DNA of 64,000 nt from Monocercomonoides exilis PA203. Lineage: Eukaryota; Protista; Preaxostyla. Below the pieces are notes generated by a model. It was not told the origin of the DNA, did no database searches, and was given only the letters and a program-made list of their open reading frames with translations. The position numbers were made by a program, and so were the translations under genes. The stretch lies in assembly GCA_001643675.2 (NCBI GenBank), contig LSRY02000045.1:620001-684000 (forward strand), given 5' to 3'. Within the stretch, counting starts at the first letter, position 1. Each line of letters opens with the position of its first letter. Shown here piece after piece: positions 14,401 through 23,108 of the stretch.

Positions 14401-16260
14401 TGCTTGACAATGAAAAAGACAATTCAATTGGCAAATTGCACAATGGGTGGAGTCAGTTCAAAGACCACAAAAGGGAAATTGATGAAACTGGACAATTGTT
14501 TGGATGTGAAAATGGACAGTTGCGTGTTTGATGGGAATTCAAAGGAAAGAAACGAGAAGAATTTGAATGAAGGGGAAGAGATGTGCAGATGGTCAGGATC
14601 TGTTGTGGATGTTGTGAAGAGTTCTGTGATAATGAAAGACACAACAATTTCAAATTCACCAAAAGGTGGAATAACAATGAGTGGAGGGGCATTGACTGTT
14701 AATGATGGAAGATTTGAAAACAACAAACCATCTATTGAAGGATATCCATCATTGAGAAGAAATATCATCTGTTCAGATTCAGGAACATTGAATGCGAAAA
14801 GTTTGAAAGGAGGAGATGGATTGGAGAGAAATACATCACTTTGGATGTTGAATGAAGGGTGCAATTTTGAAGGGATTGCTTCAGAGAGGGATTCATCATT
14901 CTTCATTCCTGTTCTGGAGAGTGTGGAAGCAAAAGAAGAGACAGATAGAATGAAATTGATATTCAAAGGAATGCTTCTTATTCCATGCAATTTGTCATTC
15001 TCAGTTGTGAAGAAGAAGGGAGAAGAGAAAGAGATTGAACATTATGATTTTGATTCAAATGGATTCTTATCGGAAAGAGAAGTTGAGGGAAGTGTGGCAA
15101 AAGATCTCATTAGCAATTGTGGAGATGAAATCGAGGTGAGTGTGCATATTTTATTTGGGAATGAAGAATCTCCTTCGTCAACAAATTCATTCGTTCTGAA
15201 GAATACAAGTATTTCTCCACCAAAAGATGATGAAAGAATCTCAAAGGGAGAGGATAAAATTGAATGGAGTTTGGTTGCCTTTATTGTGTGCATTGTTTCT
15301 TTTTTAATTTTTGTTGGTTTGTTTGTTGTGGTTGTGCTTTTGCGAAGGAAATTGAGAGAATCAGAAAAGAAAGTTGAGAAAGAAAGATTAGAAAATGAGC
15401 GGATAATGGGGAAGATTGAGAAGAGAAGAAGGGAAAATGGAATAGGGAGCTTTGAGATGAGTGAAATGCCATCCACATTACTGGAAGGGATGACAAGCCA
15501 AATTCCGCTTCTCATTGAAAACGATGAAGAAGATCTTCCAGAGCCTCCTTCAACGTACGATAACATCCTGAATGAGAATGATCTTCCAGATTTGGAATCA
15601 CTGTTGCCATTTTCTGAGAATGCTTCCACTTCTGGAGTTCATCAGAATAATTCACTCAATGTTATATCAGCCAGAAAGCCATTTCGAGAAAAGGAGAAAA
15701 AGAACATCAAAACATTGCATTCGGTGATTCATTCAGTTCAAGGTAATTTCACACTGGGAACAAGAGCGATGGATGTTGTTGATGGAAAAGAGGTGGTTTT
15801 GGCAGTTGCAGAGCTGTTTGAGCGTTTGATTTCGGTTGATGATGAAAGAGTGGAAATGATGGCAAGACAGCTGTGTCCGTATTCAATCTTTGTTGAGGAA
15901 GGAAATAATGAAATATTCGTATTAACAGAGGAATTAGAGGATGAGAAGCAGAAGGAAGAAATGAAGCGTTGGAATGCGCCTGAAGCTGGAGAAGAGGATT
16001 TGGAAAAAACAGTTGTCTTTACACTTGGACTGATTCTCCATGAGATGACAACAGGGGAAGTGCCATTGAGCGAATGTGATGCGGAGGAAGCGCAGGAGAT
16101 GATGAGGGATGGAGTGCGACCACTGACAGAAGGAATCGAAGGAGAAGACATGGTTGAGCTGATGGAGAAGATGTGGACAGATGAACCAAACGAAAGACCA
16201 ACATTGGCAGAGGTGAAAGAATCATTGAGAGAATTGATAGAAAACGATGTGTTGCCATAA
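5476..16260 (+). CDS. Giant type I membrane protein: Cys/Gly-rich parallel beta-helix (GGG[I/L/M]-repeat) ectodomain, single TM, cytoplasmic degenerate kinase (pseudokinase) domain
   Basis: 3594-aa open frame; repeated GGG(I/M/L)Y/F and CG-x4-5-PC-x-(T/S) modules; TM WSLVAFIVCIVSFLIFVGLFVVVVLL (~15265-15342); C-lobe motifs RWNAPE, VVFTLGLILHEMTTGEVP, PNERPTL, with no recognisable VAIK/HRD/DFG. Confidence 0.88.
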   Translation: MKAYKYQIRDSSISIRASMNTEQMRKESQFKGNMRLINSSIELNQILLKNYDNCCSVCGMKGSVVVVRGCGVGMGRGKEAGVFELGGCRGVFWNITLRGIGRGGNVCGRLFGGEGRMGQTRSEREGGGGRGRVGWGRGSGRDEGGERGGQRGGGGRRGGEGRGSEGREEESEGGGSVLVSESDFSSFCVSSAPFLAPPLTRLVSLTQLTFFNISTNPLKATHLGEGLSQISFLMSGCEFVSVWDVYDGCIVPSLNSPSSSLAASNTSFVRCYRSQNVAISGSEGNPSRPARQQISTDLTNSFTWCVWNGSKTTGTSSSYSDGISSGGAINMYGLSSGTLSVKFCSFNDCYANYAGGGIMCYKISSIKIENNSFNACTAQKDYGGGMYAYSISSCVKVSGCEFKKCKASYDGGGLFLQSFNVSGSSCIGTENGKGESACVFECSFTSCSLTNQYGGGMYCYGVPAAFKMRSLQFISCSAVSYGGGLYFDPSRSTPPSNNIYCYFFFFHDCRCTTTSTPYGHDVYFEDYYNLFSSNNPFYESYTTNTNDRRVCYWVNGAYQHTEKKGWLKEGMKDRYVGVSGDDSSNLCGMSESAPCKTVGHAVGSSMAQLSSTITVLGGKHVSEGATISVGEKKISVVGRGKAVSVIGTSALSTSSTTLFSISSGQLEVGHVGIDHNSMRSSSPSVFVVSVGSGALSLEDVVINSSTPGGSGMTKCVFEVALRQLKTIDVEIKNIKMSQLLFAEPSSAGSSSGESLLGNVTVRNVNRTTGDGVVMAKSVKGGETFVVWNTTIEGCECVNGNGGGIKVELTSSSSKAFIGTSASHSGGTTKFNKTKCSGYGGGVMLWLADSSFNFEISSVSFVGCSATLGGKDVFVNGSRLVSGTITSSKLDFSRNVSVYDELMGYDRNEGGMGIFPLNVFFDTFSGAAHVGNKVNGYGGYDSWFCGFGYFPCKTIAFASQNRFSSSKKNIVLDSGFELGEVVSMAGSYEWEVYCGINKTNVNVRVPSGMTSSYLINVQSASSIKNIAFQIPFLLSSATSLICLTSSSLTLTDCSVVHISESTSSVAFGYSIVNAQSGSLKMERFVIGGALVFGAHSAIEFSEGMTSVICSGCNISGVKRNEGDGGWMKGTVGSSGTLTVDGCNVNGCSCGGGNGGGIYVGLKGSGKVVVNGTSVIDGNKAENNVGSGGRGGGLFVLMESEGCGLTIGQNVKFSKMNGNVATYGKDVFVDCGSGVFLESKVNASSFSFFDTSTIPSDVLKLSGSENGDESGVIPLFVYLCTMGTKVIVDGNGGNGMDHDHCGFEKFGCLTVDYCANSRMSENSKEIEVVSSSSINDEIEISSFDVSISGRIVSSSSEEGERMRVNVSDGGSTTQNCLVGCSSSLTMRRLSFVVKGQLKSRRSAFIHSTSSTLSVTNCSVSFESGALTNGKIGYNIIEMAGGNLIVDGFVMESGATLKMNGKSPITMTSGVKLEILNSRVSGVKVEVAGGNGGGGCLNVGMGDNGNVKIEESNFSSRCTGGSGMKGGGMMISVGNGGTLRVKGVKLSGCAVPSEDVENGGRGMGGGMFAELAEEIGSFVMEGMEFSGCSAWKGKNLFVEAQDLSAVINSTSIGFNPEIGINVADLNELCGRERNNLELIVPLVVFLRTFSSPAYVSGREQGSEFRLCGYEDYPCRTIGNVGEVQFPSSKRVIRLTSTFSFDEEVKLNEQSYEIDSSDKNVGIKIEATGTKTQEALVMNSVSSTLTGILFELGGSIGERSSFVHSSGGTLRFADCGINMGNGVDAVNYEFASASGGNVEIIRMSCGGSERKVKFGMKAFIVINGNGGASIEDSLLESVETTNMKGLIEYSSSSSPLTIGNVTAQECVMGGKGLIWNDNGKKLRMRNCTIMKMSSLEGNGSVVSGEVGDGCAVEVNDVVIEGCGTLKGCGGGMSVILKGTGEMRLGKSGVVTSFEKCSAGGEGSIGGYGGGVNLDLSDNCVNNFVLTTLIFEYNVAAEGRDLFISCKKLNETVTKERFGFEYKYENGEGEGEWMAVDMKGIDRDHFAESVDLGLFLVEMKGMEVCVSKDGYDTLGCGSDGYPCESMWSGINHIDRSGTEGERKVKVRDEGTIEDIYSFTDALAIDGCVNEGDETKHKPIQFNERIKGNSASSSSPVISSTVSVSLLSLKLQIPSQFEPYMNTLISSSGVLHLESCLFEIRSSTTIQYSLITTTSGSCILKGCCLTDCSFIKSPLVMASSVLFENSNFSNIENKGSGEGGVAKVTLQRNEKLVIKSTNASSCSLSSGNGKGGFLYLDCQNCLKEKPFVFDADVTFKNNNAAIGKNVFILGKDFNSSVTNDSFNFNYSSMKGDKTLFVGSDDFHQEKDLFMFLIPRSSFEIFVSLSGFDVARCGSEEEPCFTMWKGMKNMKDGEGNKTIQIEGSTIIRDSFNVSNYQIKKSVKMGEENVKAILNFEKATDSQLEYFMVNNIQLELINIQLQLTSRFDNSAKTIISNRAGELVITGCSFHSEAGVNNGFNCVFVDMIGGNVEVNDLSMESCNVGNSIFVIHDSEITCHFVNVRVESLNESGGCLLLIKGTELTTKINEGVEEMSLNIDNSSFSGVKRSDNGASILESKSENKICLVVNSSNITEDKAEMSEKGGAIFFTLGASGSMKMIKSEVSQCSCTNGKGGGVYLATKERGELNFTFVGMKFSSNTARVGNDIFIECFNITSQINESQFQFDLRENHYSRINAIYGIDSCEHKEDANLIEFVTIHQSDTIVVSSEVGSNDRQCGTNTLPCDSIEHGLVHLTSEYVSLLYVDAESVIGREINLEEMSLSSKSREMCKVEVKPNIEKTKDALVITTGTVSLVKVNFVFDSNFISSHESLISPEGGILEIINCSFDSKQSDGVNEAFAIIPFHIINMEKGELQLMECKISNLILQKSSLYLSSSLPSVIYLFEIFNSSIKTSLIDINECGQLNMEKVQTENITVEGNDESLISCLTMKKTIQLANCTMGGVSSKTTKGKLMKLDNCLDVKMDSCVFDGNSKERNEKNLNEGEEMCRWSGSVVDVVKSSVIMKDTTISNSPKGGITMSGGALTVNDGRFENNKPSIEGYPSLRRNIICSDSGTLNAKSLKGGDGLERNTSLWMLNEGCNFEGIASERDSSFFIPVLESVEAKEETDRMKLIFKGMLLIPCNLSFSVVKKKGEEKEIEHYDFDSNGFLSEREVEGSVAKDLISNCGDEIEVSVHILFGNEESPSSTNSFVLKNTSISPPKDDERISKGEDKIEWSLVAFIVCIVSFLIFVGLFVVVVLLRRKLRESEKKVEKERLENERIMGKIEKRRRENGIGSFEMSEMPSTLLEGMTSQIPLLIENDEEDLPEPPSTYDNILNENDLPDLESLLPFSENASTSGVHQNNSLNVISARKPFREKEKKNIKTLHSVIHSVQGNFTLGTRAMDVVDGKEVVLAVAELFERLISVDDERVEMMARQLCPYSIFVEEGNNEIFVLTEELEDEKQKEEMKRWNAPEAGEEDLEKTVVFTLGLILHEMTTGEVPLSECDAEEAQEMMRDGVRPLTEGIEGEDMVELMEKMWTDEPNERPTLAEVKESLRELIENDVLP

Positions 16261-17301
16261 TGAACAAGAGAAATTGATGCATTCGGATCTAAATTGCACG
16301 TTTTCTTTTCACTTTAAATTCGTAATATTTTGCATTCATTACTTCACATTCATCATTTCATTTCATCCATTTCATATGTTGTCTCAATTTTTTTAAATAA
16401 TTAACTTTTCTTTTTCATCGTAATTATAAACTTTGTCAATTTCAAATGAATCAATTTCCTTTTTTCTTTCGTTTCATTCACAAAAAATAATGTGATTTCG
16501 AAGAAAAAACAAATTCGAATTTGAATATGTTTTATTTAAAATAGAGCAATAACTTTTTGATTTCGAAAAGAAGAAAAATTTTTATTACAGAATTTTATTT
16601 CTTTTTTTGATGATAAATAAAATAGAAATAGTGATTTATCTTAATAAAATCAACTGCAAAAATGAAATAATGCATTGTTCGCTTCACTTCACCATCGAAT
16701 TCGCCTTTTCGCTTTTTTCGCGAAGACCGGAAAGCAGGGAGCATTGCCTTTCGGAGCCTTCTCCAAAAGACTGTGCAGGGATTTGGTGAGGGAAATATAA
16801 TCAAAGAGCAGAAAGAAAAACCACTCTCGCTTTCGCGAGGCGTGGAAAAGAAAACTGCGTGTCCTTTGCTCTGCCTCCCGCTCTTCTGCTGCAGGAACAG
16901 AGCAAGTTCGCTCGCCACACTCTGTATGGACCAGTCTGACTCTTTTCTTTGCACTTTCTTGCCATGAATTAGAGGAGTAAGGTTCTTCTTAACGGTCTCA
17001 CTAGCTTTCCTGTTTGTAAATACAGGTTCTGGGTGCGCTTAATATCCCTGGACGGTTTCTCTTTTCCTATCTCCTCTGCTATCTCGCCACTTTTTCCTCG
17101 TCCTATTCTTCACCATTTGTTTCTCTCTTTCACACCCAGCCGCTCTGAGTCTCTCCATCCGCGTTAGTATTATTTCGGAGCAAAACTGCTTTGTTTCTGC
17201 GTTCTATCAATTAGCAAAAAAGCGAATATATGAACGCATAGAGCAGGTTCGCTCCTCGATAATGAGTCTCGAAATCCCTCGTTCTCTTCTCTCCTCTGAT
17301 C

Positions 17302-18376
17302 TTAAACCCTCATGCCTAGCACCTTGCCGTGCGGCGGATGACCAGAGGGACTGCGGATGAAGGTGCGGCCTCTATCCCTACTCCCTCCCCCTCTTGCGCT
17401 GTTTTCGGGGGTTCTCGATCGGGTCTTCTGTACTTGAGCGGGCATGACAATTTGTCCTATGCTTCTCTCTCCGCGTTTCCCCCGATCGGTTTCGAGCTTC
17501 TTTTGCAAGGCAGTTTGTCTACGCTCCGTAAGCTCCATAATGTTGCGGGGAATTAAGGAGGGTGTCTCATCACCCTTGGGGAGTTGTGCTATATCGCTCT
17601 CGTGCTGCGAACTCCTCTCTCGAATTGGCACTCGTCTCTTCGATCTCTTTCTCTTGCTCATGTCCCCTTCTCCCCCAGATTGTGATATCTCTTCAGGATA
17701 CTCTTTTGTTTCAGATTCTGTATTCTCATTTCCAATATCCTTTCTTTCGCTATCCTTCTCCGACTTGTCTCCCTTTTCAGCAAGGGGTACTGTGCCACCG
17801 ATTGTCTCCAGGATCCAATTTGTGTCTTGAACCGGTAAAACGGTGTAATACTCCTGGACCACCCTCGAACCTGGCGCACATCTCGTATAAGCATTGATTG
17901 CTTTCCAATCTGCATCTTGTTGTCTTGCTAAATGTGTTATCACAGCGTGTCTTATCGAGAACGCGGTATATGTGTCGGGTATTTCGTTCTCTCTCAAAAT
18001 AGCCGAAAGTTCTTCTTTGATCCTCTTCAAGTTTGCAGGTTGTCTCTCACTGATATTGAACCACACATGTTCACCTTAAATAGCTGTCTTTGAATAATCC
18101 TTCCAACGTTGGAGCGCTGCAACAGCATCTATACGTGGGTTTGGATGTTCATTAATAATAACTATTATAATCTCCTCAGGATGTTTTTGTTTTTGCTTGT
18201 GTCTGGTCAAATTTATCCTTGAATATCGTTGTCTCCATTCTCATTCTTTCCTGTTCCGCTGTCCTTTCGTCCCCAAAAATCATTGTCAGGATGAGAGCTC
18301 TCCTCTGGAGGATCTGTGGGTCCGTCATATCATGGTTGGCTTCTGCCCATTTGGTGATTATTGTGAGATCCTTCAT
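17302..18376 (-). pseudogene. Tyrosine recombinase catalytic region of the DIRS-like element (disrupted; N-terminal part in the 18373..20622 frame)
   Basis: RRALILTMIFGDERTAE (first Arg box), YTAFSIRHAVITHL (HxxR box with H>F), INAYTRCAPGSRVVQEYY (W>C, catalytic Tyr); stop and frameshifts. Confidence 0.8.
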
Positions 18377-18743
18377 CGAATTGAATCGTTTGCCCCTTCT
18401 TGTCTTCTCTCCAACATAGGTTTTAAGTTATATATTTCAATGTCCTTTGCATCCATTTTCGTCTCTCCGAAAAGGTTAATAGGATTCAGTGCTTTCCGCA
18501 CTATCTGATTAATCACTCCACAAGTCAGGTTAGTATTTGAAAGCTTTTCAGTGAACTCTGTCATAATCCACTTGGCATCTCTGGTTGTGAGGGGGTCGGT
18601 ATCTTCCATGCTCTCTCTATCAAGAAATTGCTTGAATCTTCGAAGCGATCTCCACGTGTCTCTTTCGCTCTTTTGATTTCTGAGTATTGCTGCTGCTATA
18701 TCTCTTGCTCCAACGTATTCTTCCCATGTTAGGAAGAGGTCTC

Positions 18744-19508
18744 TTACTTGTATATTCTCTTCTCCAGTGTGACGGATATCACCTCTCCTGGGGGTAGTTT
18801 CCAGCCTTCCCTTCTCATCTTCGCTGCTGGTGTCATGCACTCCTGAAAGGTCCCCAGGGTCTTTATCGAATGCCCAGACTGCAGTAGCGGGGTCCAGGTC
18901 TGCCCCCGCCAGGCTGGCAGAATCAGAATCGTTTGTTCCCTCTGGGCTTCCTTCATCTTCTCTTTCAGGGTCCGTCCAATGTTTCTCAGGAACGGGTGGA
19001 CAAGCACTATGTCGTCTTCTGGTGTTCCTCTCTCTTTCTTCCTTCTCACGGAGGATAGTCTCCAAGTACTTCCGCAGGGCACAGGCGCAATCTGTTCTGA
19101 GATTGTTTCTAGTGTTCTCTGTGCGACTATTTGTAATATCTCTGCGACTTTCTCCCCTTTCAGTGCATAATCCGGCTTTTTCGCCATCCGGCTGAGTGCA
19201 TCTGCTTCCGTGTTCTGGTCTCCCGGGAGATGTTCCGTTTGTATCGTAATGTCCAGGCTGTTCAGTTTCTTCTCTAATGCTCTCAGTGTTGGAATGAGCG
19301 ATGGCGCTCCCCTCTTCTTCTGTATTGTCCATCTGGTGGACATGTTGTCTGTCTTCAGACGAATATGGTCTATCTTCTGTTGTTGCAGCCATGCTTCCTT
19401 TTTCTCTTGAGTCCTCAACACTGCTCTGGACTCCATCTCGTTTATTGCAAGCGTGCTTTCCTGGAGGGCCCAACTCCCGTGGACATATATTTTCTCCTCT
19501 CTGCTCAC
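18744..19508 (-). pseudogene. DIRS RNase H followed by a DNA adenine methylase-like C-terminal domain
   Basis: INEMESRAV, KTDNM, HLPGDQNTEADALSR; then IVLVHPF...ILILPAWRGQTWTPLL, resembling the DIRS MT domain. Confidence 0.75.
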
Positions 19509-19535
19509 AATCGGAACTGTTTACATAGAACCCCA

Positions 19536-20622
19536 TCACAGCTTTGACGAGTCCGTTATAAACTCTGCTGGCCTTGTTCTCTTCCTTAGACACCTCTGTC
19601 TGTTCTCTTGCAGAATTTTCCTCCAATGTATTAATTCTCCCAGAATCATTGGGTTGGGTATCACTGTCCCGTTCCAGCCTCCGCGGGCTATTGCATGCCT
19701 CAGCACGTATTGCATGCGCTTCATCCACAAGCTCGCTGGTGGGTGTTGTAACCTCACAAAATTCAGCCTCCCGAGGAGTGCTGCTAAGTCCCTCGTCTTT
19801 TGTCTCCTCCTCTTCTGTGCCTGTGCTATCCAGATTCGCACATCCTCCAGGAGCAACATTCTCTTCCTCTCTTGGAGCGTCACTTCCATCTTCTCTGAAT
19901 TCCAACTCCATCCCAAAAACTCCACGCTCCTTGCGGGTTCTAGCTTCAGCTTCTCCTCCGACAGAATCCAGCCCAGATACCTCAGGAACTGTTCCATTTC
20001 CTGAGAGATCAATCTCAATGCATCCCTGTCTAGGTGCATGAGGAGAATGTCGTCCAGGTATATTTCTAGCTTCACTTTCAAGTGTTCTCTGATAAACGAT
20101 GCTACCCGTCTCATTATCTTCGTGAATACTTTGGGCGCGTCCTTTGCTCCAAATGGCATCCCCACGTAAGCTTAGCATTGACTTTGAAAGCTGAAGCACA
20201 GATAGAGACTGAATTGCTCGTCCACTTTGACATGTTGATAAGCACTCGATATGTCCAGAGTTGTTATCCAGTCGTTCTCCTCCAGGAGTTCCACAACTGT
20301 CTCCTGGGAATCCATCTTGAAGTGTTTTCCCTGCACTTCCTCGTTTAGAGCTCTGCAATCCAGGATCTTCTTCCACTTTCCGTTTTTCTTTATCACCATG
20401 AATGTCGGGCTGAACCACTTCACCTCCGACTATGACACTGGATTCACCACTCCGTCCTTCACTTCCTCCTTTAGAAGGGATGAATAATTCCTCGTCATCT
20501 CCGTCGTCCCCCGAAACTCTTGTCTGTGTTTTCTCTCCTCGAGCAAGATGAAGGAGTGGGGACTTTTCCATCGAGCTCTTATTCCACGGCTCACTAGTTT
20601 GTCTCCCCCAATCTTCTTCCAC
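19536..20622 (-). pseudogene. Reverse transcriptase of the DIRS-like element (in-frame stops)
   Basis: FSPTFMVIKKNGKWKKILDCRALN, LDISSAYQHV, GMPFG, IYLDDILL, VEFLGW; TAA at 20172-20174 and TAG near 20430. Confidence 0.88.
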
Positions 20623-21268
20623 TAGCTCAGCCTGTTTGCAAGCCTCCCAGGAAGTGGCTTCTTCGGTGGTCCAATATCTTCGCTCATCCTCACTTCTTGC
20701 TTCTTGCGTCCATATTGCATCTGTGTATTCCCTTCTCCTTCGAGAATATCTGCAGTTACTGTCTTCGAGCTCTCCTCCAGGGTGCTCCCAATTGGGTACT
20801 CGATATCAGTCCCAAAAGCTCATTGGACTCCCTTCTCCTTCTCCTTCTCGTTTCCCATATCACTCCTCTGTATCGTCACTCGGAGATATGAGGAGTCTCC
20901 TTCTATTCTCGTTGCCTCGTGTTGCACATCTTCAATCGATATCTCTCCCGCAGAATCCCCTTTGGTTTCTTGTTCTCTCTCCTTCTCCTGGTCTAGCAAG
21001 CTCACTACCTTTCCGATGTTCACGTATTGTTTCGACACTTCCGTTTCTGATCTCATCTCTCCAAGAGCTGCAGTTTCTTGTTATGTGGTCATTTTACTGG
21101 AATTTGACTCTCTCACTCTTCTCTCGGTCTTGCGGCAAAGCGCTGCTCTTTCTTTTATCTCTGCACTCTCTCCTCTCTTCCTCCTCACTCCTGCGACCAT
21201 TTGCTGGCTCCAATTGTTGATTCCACTGCTGTCTTTCCATGAGTCCTTGGAGGAGCAGGTGGCAATGG

Positions 21269-22426
21269 TCAAGTGATAGGGACTGGACTCCCAGCATTGG
21301 TTGGGACGAATTGTGCTTTGAACCAAGGTGTTTTCTTCTTCGCTCTGAAATCTATGAAGCTCCTTCTGTATCCCCTTCTCTGGAGCTGTCTGCATACGAA
21401 TCCCTGTGTGCTACTGCTCGAATTGTGTCTTCTCGGGGTCCCGCTTCTGGCCGTTGCAAGGCCGAACACTGCTAAGGAATAAGGAGATGCATCGCACCCT
21501 GCTGCATCTCCCTCTGCTTGAAAAAAGCTAGTGCTCTCTTCCAGTTTTTTTAGGTTCTCCGGCTCCTCTTTAGACATTCCTCCTTCTAAGAAGCCTTTCG
21601 CGCTTTCCCAACCCGATTGGTGTATTCCTTTCAGTAAGTTTATTCTGCTGATGCAGTCAGCGATAAGCGCATAGGCGCAAAACAATCCTCTCAGTCGTTC
21701 CTTCTCCTCCTCGGACTGGTGAGTTCTCTTCAGCTCCGTGGCTGTTAGGGCTGCGATTGATTTTGCAGATTCAAAGCCCGATTCCAGGGCAGGCTGGAGG
21801 AGTTCAATTACTCGGCTCGCTTCTGGTGAGTCTCTTCTCCCTTTTGATGTTATGGATGTTCTGGACAGCGCGTTCCAACTTGTGTTCGTGTGTCCTGAAA
21901 AAAACTCTTTCTCACACTCGGGAATAAATGTATTTGGTATGTCTTCGCTCATTCTTTTCGAGCTAACTTTCCAAAACTCAATGAACTTCCTAAACTCGCC
22001 CTCCTGTCTCCGGGGTATCAACCACTCCCTGGGAAAAATTCTTGCAAAGTCTTCTTTTCCTTCTCTTTCTTCCTTAAATTCTTGCTCTTCCGAATCCCAC
22101 TCGCTATCCTCTTCGTCCTCCTGTCTCTTCGTTCGGCAATATGTGCGACGTACTCTCTCACGCTTTTCTTGTTTCCCTCTAGCGGTCACGTCAATAATAT
22201 TTGTTACAGATTCAGACTTGCTCTGTCTTTACCGAGATCTTCTTCTTTGTCGTTCTCTCTTTTCTTTTTTCATTGGTGTCACTTCTATTACTTCGGCAAG
22301 ACTTGCCCATGTTTGGCTGCTTGCGAATTCTTCCATCATCCTTTCAACTCTCATCAGTATCAACGTAAGATCAAAACCCTTTCCCTCTCCGTCTTTGTTT
22401 GTTTTCCGAACAGGTTTTTATTCCAT
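21269..22426 (-). pseudogene. gag-like ORF1 of the DIRS-like element
   Basis: Position 5' of RT; frame extends from ATG 22426 through two TAA codons into ORF 21269..22189; charged, helical sequence with no diagnostic motif. Confidence 0.55.
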
Positions 22427-22860
22427 TTCTGATGCGGAAAATGATGTCAAAGAAAATGTGAGTTTTAACGAAGTTTGATCTTAAACCACACATTATTCAT
22501 AAACAAAACTCAGAATTTATAAGCAAACCTGCTCCTTGCGTTTGTTGATTCGCGGAATTGCGAATTTTGCAAATAACTGTGAACAATAAAATTTCGCATA
22601 CCCCCAAAATTTATATGAGTTTAAAAATAATCACCAATATTGATTTTTATAAAGAAATATTTGATTTTTCTCATTTTTGCGAAAAAGTTAACAATCAGCA
22701 AACAGTAGTTTGTTTGATAAATTCTGAATGAAAAAATGTTTAGATGTTTCTTTTTAAAAACTTCCAAGATAATAAAAAAATAAAAGTTATAGGTGTATTT
22801 GATGTCCATTCATAATATTTGGCTATTCTTCAGAACATTGTGATAATAAAAAAAGTGATT

Positions 22861-23108
22861 ATATGGATAATTTTATTTGAAAAGTCGCAAATGTTTAATT
22901 TTCAAGTGAACCAAAAATTTCATATTTTGCTCATATTTTTGTTTCCACTCTCGAATCTTTTTCAGAATGAATGAAATAGCATTATCCAGAAATAAATTCC
23001 ATATTTGTGAAGTTTGGTATACGTCAACAAAAATTTGAGCCAAATATGAAATTTTTGATTTATTTGAAAATTAAACAATTGCGACTTTTCAAAAAGATTT
23101 ACTCATAT
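22861..23108. mobile_element. MITE copy A (~248 bp, ~70-bp TIRs, ATAT flanks)
   Basis: atatggataattttatttgaaaagtcgcaaatgtttaatt ... aattaaacaattgcgacttttcaaaaagatttactcatat. Confidence 0.8.

Larger units (their letters stand above)
16660..22570 (-). mobile_element. Degenerate DIRS-like tyrosine-recombinase retrotransposon (gag-like ORF, RT, RNase H, methylase-like domain, YR)
   Basis: GC-richer island with RT (MPFG, YLDD, FLG), RNase H (TDSS, E, TDN, HLPG..N..ADALSR) and YR motifs in overlapping frames; degenerate inverted repeat 17209-17270 / 22505-22568. Outer limits are approximate. Confidence 0.88.

Noticed and set aside
5625-16282. Numerous minus-strand and alternate-frame ORFs over the giant gene
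   Set aside because: Shadow ORFs caused by the codon bias of the real gene (Pro/Ser/Phe-rich, no domains).
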